Of a stretch of DNA of 64,000 bases, positions 10,506-19,802 are shown piece after piece. Numbering within the stretch: position 1 is the first letter of the stretch; every line of letters begins with the position of its first letter. The stretch comes from an uncultured Candidatus Saccharibacteria bacterium. Its GTDB lineage: Bacteria > Patescibacteriota > Minisyncoccia > Phycocordibacterales > PALSA-1337. Made by a program: the position numbers and the translations under genes. Where the stretch lies: positions 43,948 through 107,947 of the forward strand of contig CAZRIX010000001.1 of NCBI GenBank assembly GCA_964600255.1, read 5' to 3'. The notes below the pieces were generated by a model, which was given only the letters and a program-made list of their open reading frames with translations, ran no database searches and had not been told where the DNA came from.

Positions 10506-11561
10506 TTATTTTGATAGATGGTTTGAGATCTCATATACAGGCAAAATTATTGATAGAGCAATAGATCCAACCACTAAGCCCATAAAAACCATTAGCACCG
10601 GCTCTATAAGTGAAGTAAAACTCTTTAATACATTCTCTATTTCTTGTTCAAATATCCTAGCCGTATGTCCGAAAAGCGCACCGAGGTTGCCTGTCTTTTC
10701 CCCAATACTAACCATATCAATCATCAAGCTTGGTATATACAATTTAGATCTATCCAAAGATATTGATAGTGCAATACCATTCAAAGATTCTGCATAAACT
10801 CTATTGAATGTATTCTTCAATACTGAGTTTGAATTTGAATCCCGAGCAAATACAAGAAGCTCCTGAATGCCTCTGCCGGAGTTAAGTAGCATTTCTCCCA
10901 TACTGCATATCGGTATCATCATATTTATTTTTGTATATTTATGAACTATGGGTATAGACAGGATAAGTAGATCGAACTTGTATTTAACCGTGGTGGATTT
11001 TAGGATAAGAATTCGAAGTAGTACACCTAGGACCAAGCCTGAAACAAGTGCATATATTCCAAACTCAGTCATGAGATAGTAGATCTCCTGCACTATTCTA
11101 GTCATGAGTGGTAGCTCAATATCTAGACTAGATAATAGAGGAACTATTTTAGGAAAAATATAAAGGATTAGAAAAAGCGACATAAAGATAGTGGCGATAA
11201 ATATAAATATTGGATACACCAATGCACTAACTATCTTCTTTTTTAACTCACTCTTTTTATAAAGATAGTTGTATGCCTGCAACAGTGAATCTGAAAGAGT
11301 TCCATTCTGCTCTCCGTTTTCTATGAGTATTAGCAGTAAACTATTGAATCTTAAGTTCTGGTTCCTTATAGATTTACTCAGACTTAATCCATGTTGAATA
11401 CTATTCACTATCTCTCCTAGCATATTTTTCTTACCTATAGAATTTTCTATCTTGCGGATCATCTCTAACCCATCGACAAGTGATATTCCGGAATTTAGTA
11501 ATATAGACAATCTCTGTGCAAAGTGTATTTGATCTGCCAGACTAAAAATCCTACTATTCAT
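10506..11561 (-). CDS. pilC: Type II secretion F family platform protein (PilC/ComGB)
   Basis: LSILLNSGISL, GEQNGTL, ALVYP, GEKTGNL, LIEP..MVFMG; start overlaps ATPase stop. Confidence 0.9.
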   Translation of the reverse strand: MNSRIFSLADQIHFAQRLSILLNSGISLVDGLEMIRKIENSIGKKNMLGEIVNSIQHGLSLSKSIRNQNLRFNSLLLILIENGEQNGTLSDSLLQAYNYLYKKSELKKKIVSALVYPIFIFIATIFMSLFLILYIFPKIVPLLSSLDIELPLMTRIVQEIYYLMTEFGIYALVSGLVLGVLLRILILKSTTVKYKFDLLILSIPIVHKYTKINMMIPICSMGEMLLNSGRGIQELLVFARDSNSNSVLKNTFNRVYAESLNGIALSISLDRSKLYIPSLMIDMVSIGEKTGNLGALFGHTARIFEQEIENVLKSFTSLIEPVLMVFMGLVVGSIALSIILPVYEISNHLSK

Positions 11562-12690
11562 GTAATGTTCGATTGACTTCATTTTCAGTTGTTATTCCAT
11601 TTTCTACTTTTATCATTGCGTCCTCATACATTGTCTTCATACCTTTGGAACGGGCATAAAGGGTAATATCTGCCATAGATGTTCGAGTCATTATGTATTT
11701 TCTCATTTCATCATCAACCATGAGTGTTTCTGCAACGACGGTTCGACCTTTATATCCAGACCCATCACATACCAAACATCCGCAACCAGCCCCGAAACAC
11801 ACCCTGCAAGTCTTTCTCACTAGTCTCTGGGCAATAACTAGTGAAAGAGTCGATGCTACTAGATACGGATCTATACCCATATCTACAAGCCTAGGAATTG
11901 CTCCTAGGGCCGAGTTTGTATGCAAAGTGGATAGAAGCAAATGACCAGTCAAAGAAACGTTTGTGGCAATGACAGCAGTCTCTTTGTCACGTATCTCACC
12001 TACCATTATGATATCTGGATCCTGTCTAACGATGGATCTCAATCCATTTGCAAAAGTAATACCGTGTTTTGAGTTTATTTGTATCTGCCTTACATCTGGG
12101 ATTGCGTATTCTATTGGATCCTCTAGTGTGATTATTGAGTTCTTGTTGGTAGCAAGTGATGCAATGAGTGTATACAGGGTCGAAGTCTTTCCGGACCCGG
12201 TTGGACCTGTTACCAATATCATTCCCTGATGCAATGACAGACTTGTAAGTATTCTATCTACATCTAGCTCAGAAAATCCGAGACTGCCTAGTGTAGGAAT
12301 TTCTTTGTCATTCTTTAATATTCTAAGTACAGCATTCTCTCCGTAGTGTGTCGGTATGATCGAAACTCTCACGTCACAGTTAAATGATAATTGAGCAAAC
12401 TTAAATCTTCCATCTTGTGGTACAAAATGTATATCTGTTCGTAATCCAGACACTACTTTTATCCTAGCTATTACTTCTTCATGGGTATCGTGCAAAAGTG
12501 TATCTATCACCGTCAAAACCCCATCTATCCTAAACTTAACAACTGTACCGTTTGGTGATGGGTCTATGTGTATGTCGGATGCATTTCTATACAAAGCAAA
12601 GGTAACTATAGAGTCTACCAGCTCTACAACAGAAACGATGTCATGCAACATTTTTTCGTTATTAATAATTTTATATATCTTTTCTTGCAT
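11554..12690 (-). CDS. GspE/PilB/ComGA family assembly ATPase, lacking the N-terminal extension
   Basis: ASDIHIDP, PQDGR, GPTGSGKT, LEDPIE, RQDPD..MVGEIRD, STLHTN, CxxC pairs. Confidence 0.92.
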   Translation of the reverse strand: MQEKIYKIINNEKMLHDIVSVVELVDSIVTFALYRNASDIHIDPSPNGTVVKFRIDGVLTVIDTLLHDTHEEVIARIKVVSGLRTDIHFVPQDGRFKFAQLSFNCDVRVSIIPTHYGENAVLRILKNDKEIPTLGSLGFSELDVDRILTSLSLHQGMILVTGPTGSGKTSTLYTLIASLATNKNSIITLEDPIEYAIPDVRQIQINSKHGITFANGLRSIVRQDPDIIMVGEIRDKETAVIATNVSLTGHLLLSTLHTNSALGAIPRLVDMGIDPYLVASTLSLVIAQRLVRKTCRVCFGAGCGCLVCDGSGYKGRTVVAETLMVDDEMRKYIMTRTSMADITLYARSKGMKTMYEDAMIKVENGITTENEVNRTLHE

Positions 12691-12919
12691 GCGAAAAGAT
12701 TAACAAAATGAGATTAAGAGAATATAAAAGATTAATAAAAAAGTGATAAAAAGACCTATATACTGTGAATATCTTTGTAAATTATGTCGTTATACACATA
12801 TACACAGCCATAATTGATTTTGCTTGTTTTTTGTTGTATATTACTATCCGGCTGTTCTTCTCGTTTTTAACGTTAAGAAATCTCCAGCTACGCTAGAAAA
12901 TTCGGTGAAAGGAATAAGA

Positions 12920-13582
12920 GTGAGAAAACTGGTTCACTTTGGCCTCCACGGCCCATCATGCTCCGGAAAGGGCTACGTCACAGGTCACCTATGCGAACGC
13001 TATCACGGACACGTCTTCGTGATTGGTCTAGGTGACATGATTCGTGCTCGGCGCAGTGCCGATCCAGAATTCAGAGCCTATACTGACCAACAGACGCGCG
13101 ACGGTGTGATGATAGATGACGCGATTGTCACAGAAATGACTCGAGTCCGATTCGAGGAAGGCCTTCGTGCCGGATACGACACCTTCATCTGGGAAGGTTT
13201 CGGACGCAACTACACCCAAATGAAGCAGCAAATGGAGTGGTGGGGCAAAAATGATGGTCGTATCTTCAACCTCCTAGCAGGCCTAGACACAGTGGTCGAG
13301 AGACTTCGTAAGGCAATCAGTGAGGGCAGACGATCTGATCGAGAAGATAACGGTGCGATCACTGTACGTTTTGCGCTTCACGACAGTCAGATGAGTGAAG
13401 TTGCGCGGGCGGTAAGGAACGCTGACCGTTTCTTGACCCCGATCGATGCGAGCGTTGATTTGGGGTTGTTTGCTCGCAAAATTGCGTTCTACGCCAACGG
13501 AGTGCGTGGTTTTAGGGAGGCTTCAGCCCCCACAGAATCATACATGAACAGCCAGCGTACTGCGGATGCAGTTGCAGCATAG
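12920..13582 (+). CDS. Adenylate/nucleoside monophosphate kinase-like protein, divergent and GC-rich
   Basis: P-loop GPSCSGKG, LGDMIRA, EGFGRN..Q, RSDRED; GTG start at 12920 after AAAGGA. Confidence 0.7.
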   Translation: MRKLVHFGLHGPSCSGKGYVTGHLCERYHGHVFVIGLGDMIRARRSADPEFRAYTDQQTRDGVMIDDAIVTEMTRVRFEEGLRAGYDTFIWEGFGRNYTQMKQQMEWWGKNDGRIFNLLAGLDTVVERLRKAISEGRRSDREDNGAITVRFALHDSQMSEVARAVRNADRFLTPIDASVDLGLFARKIAFYANGVRGFREASAPTESYMNSQRTADAVAA

Positions 13583-13601
13583 TCCCGCCTCTTACAGGCT
13601 C

Positions 13602-13637
13602 AAAGCCGTCGCCCCCTCACGGGACGACGGCTTTTTT
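13602..13637 (+). terminator. Intrinsic terminator, probably bidirectional
   Basis: AAAGCCGTCG..CGACGGCTTTTTT between convergent genes. Confidence 0.85.
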
Positions 13638-13676
13638 CCATCCAATTTTACCTAGAAATCTCTATTTTAAATATTC

Positions 13677-15872
13677 CTACCCAACCCATTCTTCAACCAT
13701 CAACATTTTCTTGTCCTGTATAGGCATATCTTTCCAAATCTCTTCTGTTACATATGGAATAAATGGATGTAGTACTTTTAATATTTTTGCCAACGTATGC
13801 AATAGGAACTGCTTGCGGGATTTTATCTCCATTTCATTTCCCTCTTTTAATATTTTCTTACTATCCTCAAGTATTACATCTGCAAAGTTATGCCATGCAT
13901 AGTGGTACAACTTCTCTGCTGCTAGGTATAGACGATAATTCTCAATGTCACCGGTAATCTCTTTTAGTAGACTTGATAGCTCTTCATTTAGTTTTGCATC
14001 AGCATCACTCCACTTATCAAATCCCTTATCCAATTCTTCCCCATCAACTGAAGTCAAAACGAAGCGAGTGATATTCCAAAGCTTATTTGCAAAATGTTTG
14101 TAACCCTTGATCTTATCTTCAGAAAGTTTCAAATCATTACCCGGTCCATTACCTATGATCAAAGACAAGCGTGTTGCATCAGCGCCGTATTTCTCAATCA
14201 TATCGAGAGGATTGATGTTAGTTTCTGGCTTTGACTTAGACATTTTCTCTCCACTTGCTGTACGTACTAGTCCATGTAAATACACAGTTTTAAATGGGAC
14301 AGTATCAAGCAAACATCCAGTCATTAGTATCATACGAGCTACCCAGAAGAAAAGAATATCGTATCCGGTCTCTAGTAAATCAGTTGGATGGAAAGTATTT
14401 AGATCTACAGTCTTCTCTGGCCAACCGAGAGTAGAGAAAGTCCAAAGTCCAGATGAGAACCAAGTATCCAAGGTATCCTCATCTTGCTTCCAGCCCTCAC
14501 CCTTTGGTGCCTCAACTCCAACATAAATCTCTTCACCCTTGTACCAAACAGGAATTCTATGACCATACCAGATCTGTCTTGAAATACACCAATCTCGAAG
14601 ATTATTTATCCAACTAAAATATGTTTTCTCAAATCTATCTGGAACAATATTTATCTTCTTACTCTCAACAGCATCAATCATCATTTCCTTGAGAGTTCTC
14701 TCCTTCCCATTTTTCTTAAACTTTTTGTTAACAGCGATGAACCATTGCAACATAACTTGTGGCTCTATAATTCCACCAGTTCTCTCGGCCGTCGCAACGT
14801 TGTGAGTATAATCTTCTTCTTTTACCAAAAGACCTTTTTCCTTCAACTTCTCTAGCATCTTTTTCCTTGCCTCAGCAATTTTCATTCCAGCAAATTCTCC
14901 GGCGATTGGAAGTAGTTTGCCAAGTCTATCTATAATCTGTTCACCTTCAAGATTATGTCGTTGGGCGATATCAAAGTCCACCATACTATGGAAAGGAGTA
15001 ATAGTCATAACTCCAGTACCAAATTCCATATCGATAGAATCATCCTTTATGATAGTTGCCGTGATGGGTCCGTTTATCCATTCCAAATCAATTTTCTGTC
15101 CATGCTTGTAATCCTCATATCTCTTATCGTCTGGATGCATTACGACGTACTTATCACCGAACTTTGTCTCAGGTCGTGATGTACCAATAGTAAAAGGTCC
15201 GTACTTGAAATAATAAAACTTTGTCTTCTCTTCAACATAAACAATCTCATCGTCAGAAATGGTTGTCTGTCCTTTTGGATCCCAGTTAACTATTCTATTG
15301 CCACGATAAATGAGACCTAGGTCATACATTTCTTTAAATGCAGTTCTTACGGCTAGATTTCTTTTTTCATCCAAAGTAAAAGCTTCGCGAGACCAGTCTA
15401 TAGATGCTCCCATTTTTATAACTTGCCCGACAATAGTATCGTGACTAGCCAAAGCAAAGTCATTCACTCTTTTCAAAAATTCTTCACGCCCCAAGTCATG
15501 ACGGTTCTTGCCTTCTTTCTTTGTTAAATCTTTCTCAACTTTAGATTGAGTAGCGATTGCAGCATGATCAGTTCCAGGAATCCAAAGAGTTTTGTACCCT
15601 CTCATTCTCTTAAAACGAATCAAAATATCCTCTATAGCAATCATAGCAGCGTGACCCATATGCAAAGTTCCAGTAACGTTCGGTGGAGGCAAAACGATGG
15701 TATATGGCTCTACATGACGAGCAGGAAGCTTGTCAGGATTGAAATACCCACTAGCAAGCCACTCTTCGTAAGTTCGACTTTCGACCTCTAGGTGGTTGTA
15801 TGGCTTTAGGAATTTCTCATTTATGTTTGGATTAATATAACCCTCCTTCTGCTCTTTGATGTCTTTGCTCAT
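13677..15872 (-). CDS. valS: Valine--tRNA ligase (short, no C-terminal coiled coil)
   Basis: PPPNVTGTLHMGHA, DWCISRQIWYGH, DTWFSS, KMSKS. Confidence 0.97.
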   Translation of the reverse strand: MSKDIKEQKEGYINPNINEKFLKPYNHLEVESRTYEEWLASGYFNPDKLPARHVEPYTIVLPPPNVTGTLHMGHAAMIAIEDILIRFKRMRGYKTLWIPGTDHAAIATQSKVEKDLTKKEGKNRHDLGREEFLKRVNDFALASHDTIVGQVIKMGASIDWSREAFTLDEKRNLAVRTAFKEMYDLGLIYRGNRIVNWDPKGQTTISDDEIVYVEEKTKFYYFKYGPFTIGTSRPETKFGDKYVVMHPDDKRYEDYKHGQKIDLEWINGPITATIIKDDSIDMEFGTGVMTITPFHSMVDFDIAQRHNLEGEQIIDRLGKLLPIAGEFAGMKIAEARKKMLEKLKEKGLLVKEEDYTHNVATAERTGGIIEPQVMLQWFIAVNKKFKKNGKERTLKEMMIDAVESKKINIVPDRFEKTYFSWINNLRDWCISRQIWYGHRIPVWYKGEEIYVGVEAPKGEGWKQDEDTLDTWFSSGLWTFSTLGWPEKTVDLNTFHPTDLLETGYDILFFWVARMILMTGCLLDTVPFKTVYLHGLVRTASGEKMSKSKPETNINPLDMIEKYGADATRLSLIIGNGPGNDLKLSEDKIKGYKHFANKLWNITRFVLTSVDGEELDKGFDKWSDADAKLNEELSSLLKEITGDIENYRLYLAAEKLYHYAWHNFADVILEDSKKILKEGNEMEIKSRKQFLLHTLAKILKVLHPFIPYVTEEIWKDMPIQDKKMLMVEEWVG

Positions 15873-15959
15873 ATATTTATGTATTGAATAATAGCAGAAA
15901 AAGGGGCCTTTTGACTAGTTTTTTATATAAAAAACATTCAATTTTGTCTAATCTTTACT

Positions 15960-16075
15960 ATTGACTTTTCATATAAAATGTGCTAATATATTAGGAGAAG
16001 TTAGAGAAAACTGAGTACTCTGCCGTGCTTTGCACGGAGTGGAGGAAAAAGTGATCTTTGACAATTTAACAGGAG
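15960..16075 (+). promoter_or_regulatory. Repeated promoter and structured leader, copy 1
   Basis: TTGACT-17-TAATAT with extended TG; bulged hairpin 16018-16039; GGAGGAAA; CTTTGACAA 16056-64; SD AGGAG. Confidence 0.8.
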
Positions 16076-16082
16076 ATAGTGT

Positions 16083-16970
16083 ATGGACATTAGTTTTAAC
16101 AAGGAAACCAACGTTTTGAGATGGACCCCAGTTCTATTAACAGATCGATATGTAGTGAAGATGGAAGGTGGAACTGCTCCAGATGACTGGACTAATGAGT
16201 ACTCAGTCCCTGAAACAGTAACCGGCATTAAACTAGTTGAATCGGCGTACTGGGGCAACATCAAGGAAACTGGTGCGAAGATAACCATCACTGCGCTCGA
16301 TGATAGTAGGAGCACTCTGGATACTGTCGACATCAACATTACCATCCCGAAGCAGAAGTGGCACCAGGGAGCGGCCGTGAGGCTGTTCATGCTACTGGCG
16401 GTCCTACTCGGCGCTTGGGCGTCATACTCACAGTACAAATTGGGTAAGGCCAATGACGTTATGGCTGAGCGGGATGAAGCAAAAACACTTCTTGCTGCTC
16501 AGGTGACACTGACAGCAGACTGGAAGAAGGCACACGACAAAGCTACCAACCAGCCAGTTGTAACATTGTACGAAACCAATGTGGTAACGGTGCCTGTGTA
16601 CGAGAAGATCAAAGTCTACGACATCCCGCAAGGGATGCCGAAGGCTGGACCAGCGACGAATGATACGTTGGTCCATTACTTCTCGCCTACCAACCAGCAC
16701 ACGGTGACGAAGTTCATCACCGATGGAGATGGGACTATGTTCCTCACTCCAAACGACTGGCAGATCAACTGCCTGGTCTACGGTAACGTGGCCGATTTCG
16801 ATCGGCTCGTGAACATCGGGGGACTTACCAACCCCCACTGGATCCATTACGGACCAGGAACAAAACTTCCAGAGGCGACCAAGGTGGTCGCATATTGGAT
16901 TAGAAACCGAGTGCAGAACTCCCACCTCAAGGTGGAGTTCGTGCTCACACCCGTCGCCTCTACTCCATAG
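16083..16970 (+). CDS. Hypothetical membrane protein (central TM, beta-rich domains)
   Basis: 295-aa ORF with SD, own promoter and terminator; GC-richer than core genes. Confidence 0.75.
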   Translation: MDISFNKETNVLRWTPVLLTDRYVVKMEGGTAPDDWTNEYSVPETVTGIKLVESAYWGNIKETGAKITITALDDSRSTLDTVDINITIPKQKWHQGAAVRLFMLLAVLLGAWASYSQYKLGKANDVMAERDEAKTLLAAQVTLTADWKKAHDKATNQPVVTLYETNVVTVPVYEKIKVYDIPQGMPKAGPATNDTLVHYFSPTNQHTVTKFITDGDGTMFLTPNDWQINCLVYGNVADFDRLVNIGGLTNPHWIHYGPGTKLPEATKVVAYWIRNRVQNSHLKVEFVLTPVASTP

Positions 16971-16988
16971 CAAAGCGCGACCGGCAAA

Positions 16989-17024
16989 GGGAGCCTGGGA
17001 TTTTATTCCAGGCTCTTTTCTTTT
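16989..17024 (+). terminator. Intrinsic terminator
   Basis: GAGCCTGG-loop-CCAGGCTC followed by T-tract. Confidence 0.85.
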
Positions 17025-17068
17025 GTGTGTTTACTAAATAATTTAAAGATTTTTAAAGCATAATTACC

Positions 17069-17176
17069 ATTGACTTTTCATTTAAAATGTGCTAATATAT
17101 TAGGAGAGTTAGAAGGCCAAGTACTCTGACACGCTGTAGCGTGGAGGGAGGAAAGGAAGAACTTTGACAACAAGGA
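17069..17176 (+). promoter_or_regulatory. Repeated promoter and structured leader, copy 2
   Basis: First 39 nt differ from copy 1 at one position; hairpin 17124-17146; GGAGGAAA; CTTTGACAA 17162-70; SD AAGGA. Confidence 0.8.
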
Positions 17177-17182
17177 TAATTC

Positions 17183-18112
17183 GTGAAAAAACTATCATAC
17201 GAGTCGCAATTTTGGAGATTAGTCGTCTCCATCATGTCACTGCCCATAACGATGTACGTCATCTACAAGGTCGTATACACGGTTGTTGTATTCATGCGAT
17301 TCGATCCATCGGTGGCCGAGAAGTTAGCGAACTGGGTAGGCCTACCGGCCTCCTGGTATATCTACTTCAAGTTCCTACTCGAACGGTTCTGGATTGATGT
17401 AGCACTTGAAGACGTGGTCCTAGAAGATTCCTTCAGTTTCCGGAACAGGAAGGTCGGTGATCAAGCAGACCCATTGGCTTTGCCGAGTGGTCTGAGGTCA
17501 GTTGGTGGACCAGGGTTCAGAGCGAAGGGTTTCTTTGAGACCGTCAAGACGAGATTACCTGTAGTATCTAAAGAGAAGAATGGTGGCCTCGAAGTCGACG
17601 ACAAGCAAACGAACACCTTCAACGTCAGTTACTCCATGACATTTACTAGGGTCAGGGGTAAATTCTCTGTGATTGGTTCAACCTACAAAGAGGAAGAGGC
17701 AGTTAAAACCCTCGAAGCCATCGTTGAGGCGCGAATTGAGGAATTATTCGCAAACGAGCAGGATGGTAGGAATATCCGGGCTTCACTTGATAAACGTAAC
17801 GAGGATCTCTCTAAGGTCCTCGGCGGCGATCGAGATATCAGCACCGAAGAGATTCGTTGTGGGTTCTTCATAACAAAACTTCGAATCAAGACGGTTGATG
17901 AGGCTGCAGCAACAAAACAGCGTAACCAGACCCAAGCGCTGGCAACAGCTGTGAATTCTGCAGCAGATGCTCTATCAAAGGGTATCGGGGCTGGAGCAGA
18001 TCCAAACCTTATTATGGCCCTTGCTGCAAGTGCAGCTGGGGTTAAGGGTGACGGAGTTAAAGTGAGTATAGTCAAGGGTCTCGAGAAAGGCGGCACATAC
18101 AACGTAAGTTAA
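17183..18112 (+). CDS. Membrane protein, possibly SPFH/band-7-like
   Basis: Two N-terminal TMs, then alpha/beta region ending GFFITKLRIKTVD and an Ala-rich helix, as in SPFH proteins. Confidence 0.5.
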   Translation: MKKLSYESQFWRLVVSIMSLPITMYVIYKVVYTVVVFMRFDPSVAEKLANWVGLPASWYIYFKFLLERFWIDVALEDVVLEDSFSFRNRKVGDQADPLALPSGLRSVGGPGFRAKGFFETVKTRLPVVSKEKNGGLEVDDKQTNTFNVSYSMTFTRVRGKFSVIGSTYKEEEAVKTLEAIVEARIEELFANEQDGRNIRASLDKRNEDLSKVLGGDRDISTEEIRCGFFITKLRIKTVDEAAATKQRNQTQALATAVNSAADALSKGIGAGADPNLIMALAASAAGVKGDGVKVSIVKGLEKGGTYNVS

Positions 18113-18113
18113 C

Positions 18114-18554
18114 ATGAACACCACACTTCTCAAAAAACTGGCGTGGTATGGGCCAATCGCGGCGATACTAATCGCTACGATGTTCTACATCCGATCCTAC
18201 AACGGGTCAGAAAAGAAGGTACAGCACGTCCCTGTCACTGGCGGTGGTAAGGCTTCGGCAACCACCACAATCACGATCATCAAGGGGGCAACTCCTAGGA
18301 TGATCGATTACCCACATTTCTCCCGGTTCAGATCGGGAATTGTGGAAGATGACGTTGCGTACGTCATACACATCAATCTCGTCGGTCGGCCTGACCATGA
18401 GATTGAAAAAATATTCGTACCTGCCAGAAACGACAGACCGAGCAATTGGTCTGATCCGCTCGCAGGCAAGAATATTGCGAGGATCGGGTTTACGCTCGAT
18501 CCTTCCTCGGCCAAGGATATTGGCCACATCGAGTACGTAGTCGAGAGGCAGTAG
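18114..18554 (+). CDS. Hypothetical protein with N-terminal TM
   Basis: ATG 1 nt after upstream stop; followed by terminator. Confidence 0.7.
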   Translation: MNTTLLKKLAWYGPIAAILIATMFYIRSYNGSEKKVQHVPVTGGGKASATTTITIIKGATPRMIDYPHFSRFRSGIVEDDVAYVIHINLVGRPDHEIEKIFVPARNDRPSNWSDPLAGKNIARIGFTLDPSSAKDIGHIEYVVERQ

Positions 18555-18578
18555 ATAATACCACCACTCGAAAACGGC

Positions 18579-18607
18579 AAAGGGGGACCCTATGGGACCC
18601 CCTTTTA
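18579..18607. terminator. Intrinsic terminator between convergent units
   Basis: AAAGGGGG..CCCCCTTTT. Confidence 0.75.
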
Positions 18608-18636
18608 CTTTGCATATTTTATTCTAAACAACTTCC

Positions 18637-18966
18637 CTACTGGAATGGATCAGTAACACCCACTGGTGCAAGTGTACTGACTATAACCCTAATTATCCCA
18701 TATGCCGATACCATGATGAACATTCCCGCCGCACTCCAGAATATACTTCTCTTGCCGTCTTCTCTTGCATCAGAATCCTCCTGACTCGCAATCATTTTGA
18801 ATATGCCGTACACAAATGTTACAAAAGACAGTAGGAACATTACACCAAGAATCGGTGTGATTATGTTCAAAGCAATACTATCTAGAAAACCACGTATAGT
18901 GGGGTTCTTCGATAGAACTTGTGACGCAGACTGTGCGTGAGCAATGTTTATCAAGCTAATCATCAA
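18637..18966 (-). CDS. T4SS-type (TrbC/VirB2-like) pilin
   Basis: AHA|Q signal, two TMs flanking AREDGKRSIFW. Confidence 0.75.
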   Translation of the reverse strand: MMISLINIAHAQSASQVLSKNPTIRGFLDSIALNIITPILGVMFLLSFVTFVYGIFKMIASQEDSDAREDGKRSIFWSAAGMFIMVSAYGIIRVIVSTLAPVGVTDPFQ

Positions 18967-18973
18967 ATTGGAT

Positions 18974-19345
18974 TTATGGAATCTGTGGTGGTGGTGGAAG
19001 CTGAATGTTGTTTACCTTGTCTGTTGGAAGATTGTTTTGTCCAAACTGGAATGAGTTTGTTAGAAGATATACAAGTCCCCAGATTGATAGGATTGCAAAT
19101 AGACCTATAACTCCATAAAGTATAGCCTGTCCCCCCTTCTTACGAGCTTCCTCATCATCACTACCTGCGATTAGGTATCTGACAACACTGATTATGATCC
19201 ATAGAACTGCAAATGAGATAGCTAGTCTAACGAGCAAGTTACCAATATTTGTTGCCTTCATTGCAACAGAGTTGATGTCATTTAGCTGTTGAGCAAATAC
19301 AAGCGTAGGTGAAAATGCGATAATGGCTGCGATTATTTTTTTCAT
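18974..19345 (-). CDS. T4SS-type pilin
   Basis: VFA|Q signal, EEARKKGGQAILYGVIGLF..SIWGLV. Confidence 0.8.
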   Translation of the reverse strand: MKKIIAAIIAFSPTLVFAQQLNDINSVAMKATNIGNLLVRLAISFAVLWIIISVVRYLIAGSDDEEARKKGGQAILYGVIGLFAILSIWGLVYLLTNSFQFGQNNLPTDKVNNIQLPPPPQIP

Positions 19346-19423
19346 GATAATATATTATTTAATAACTACTAAATTATAACAGTTTAAAGGTTTAGCAACA
19401 AATGGGCTGTGGATACGAGAATG

Positions 19424-19795
19424 CTATATATTAGAATTAATCGTAGGGTCCTGTATTCTCAAATTGTTAAAATTTGGTCTTTGATCTTCAGAGAATCTAA
19501 ATGTATTTACTAGAAGATATACCATTCCCCAAATAGACAAAATCGCAAATAGACCAATAACACCATAAAGTATAGCATCACCACCCTTCTTGCGAGCATC
19601 CTCATCGTCACTACCTGCGATTAGGTATCTGACAACATTTACGATTATAAATACTACAGCCAGTGAAATTGCTAACTGGATTACAAGATTACCAATGTTT
19701 ACACTCTTCTGCGCCACATCATTAATATCTCGTAGCTGTTGTGCTGATGCAAATGCTGGAAATAGGATTGTTGTTAGAGTAAGTATTTTTTTCAT
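19424..19795 (-). CDS. T4SS-type pilin, close paralog of 18974..19345
   Basis: ASA|Q signal, EDARKKGGDAILYGVIGLF..SIWGMV. Confidence 0.8.
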   Translation of the reverse strand: MKKILTLTTILFPAFASAQQLRDINDVAQKSVNIGNLVIQLAISLAVVFIIVNVVRYLIAGSDDEDARKKGGDAILYGVIGLFAILSIWGMVYLLVNTFRFSEDQRPNFNNLRIQDPTINSNI

Positions 19796-19802
19796 ATTTT
19801 AT

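Noticed and set aside
12824-12919. Longer start for the kinase-like ORF
   Set aside because: Overlaps the likely promoter and leader; GTG 12920 has an SD and places the P-loop near the N-terminus as in the family.
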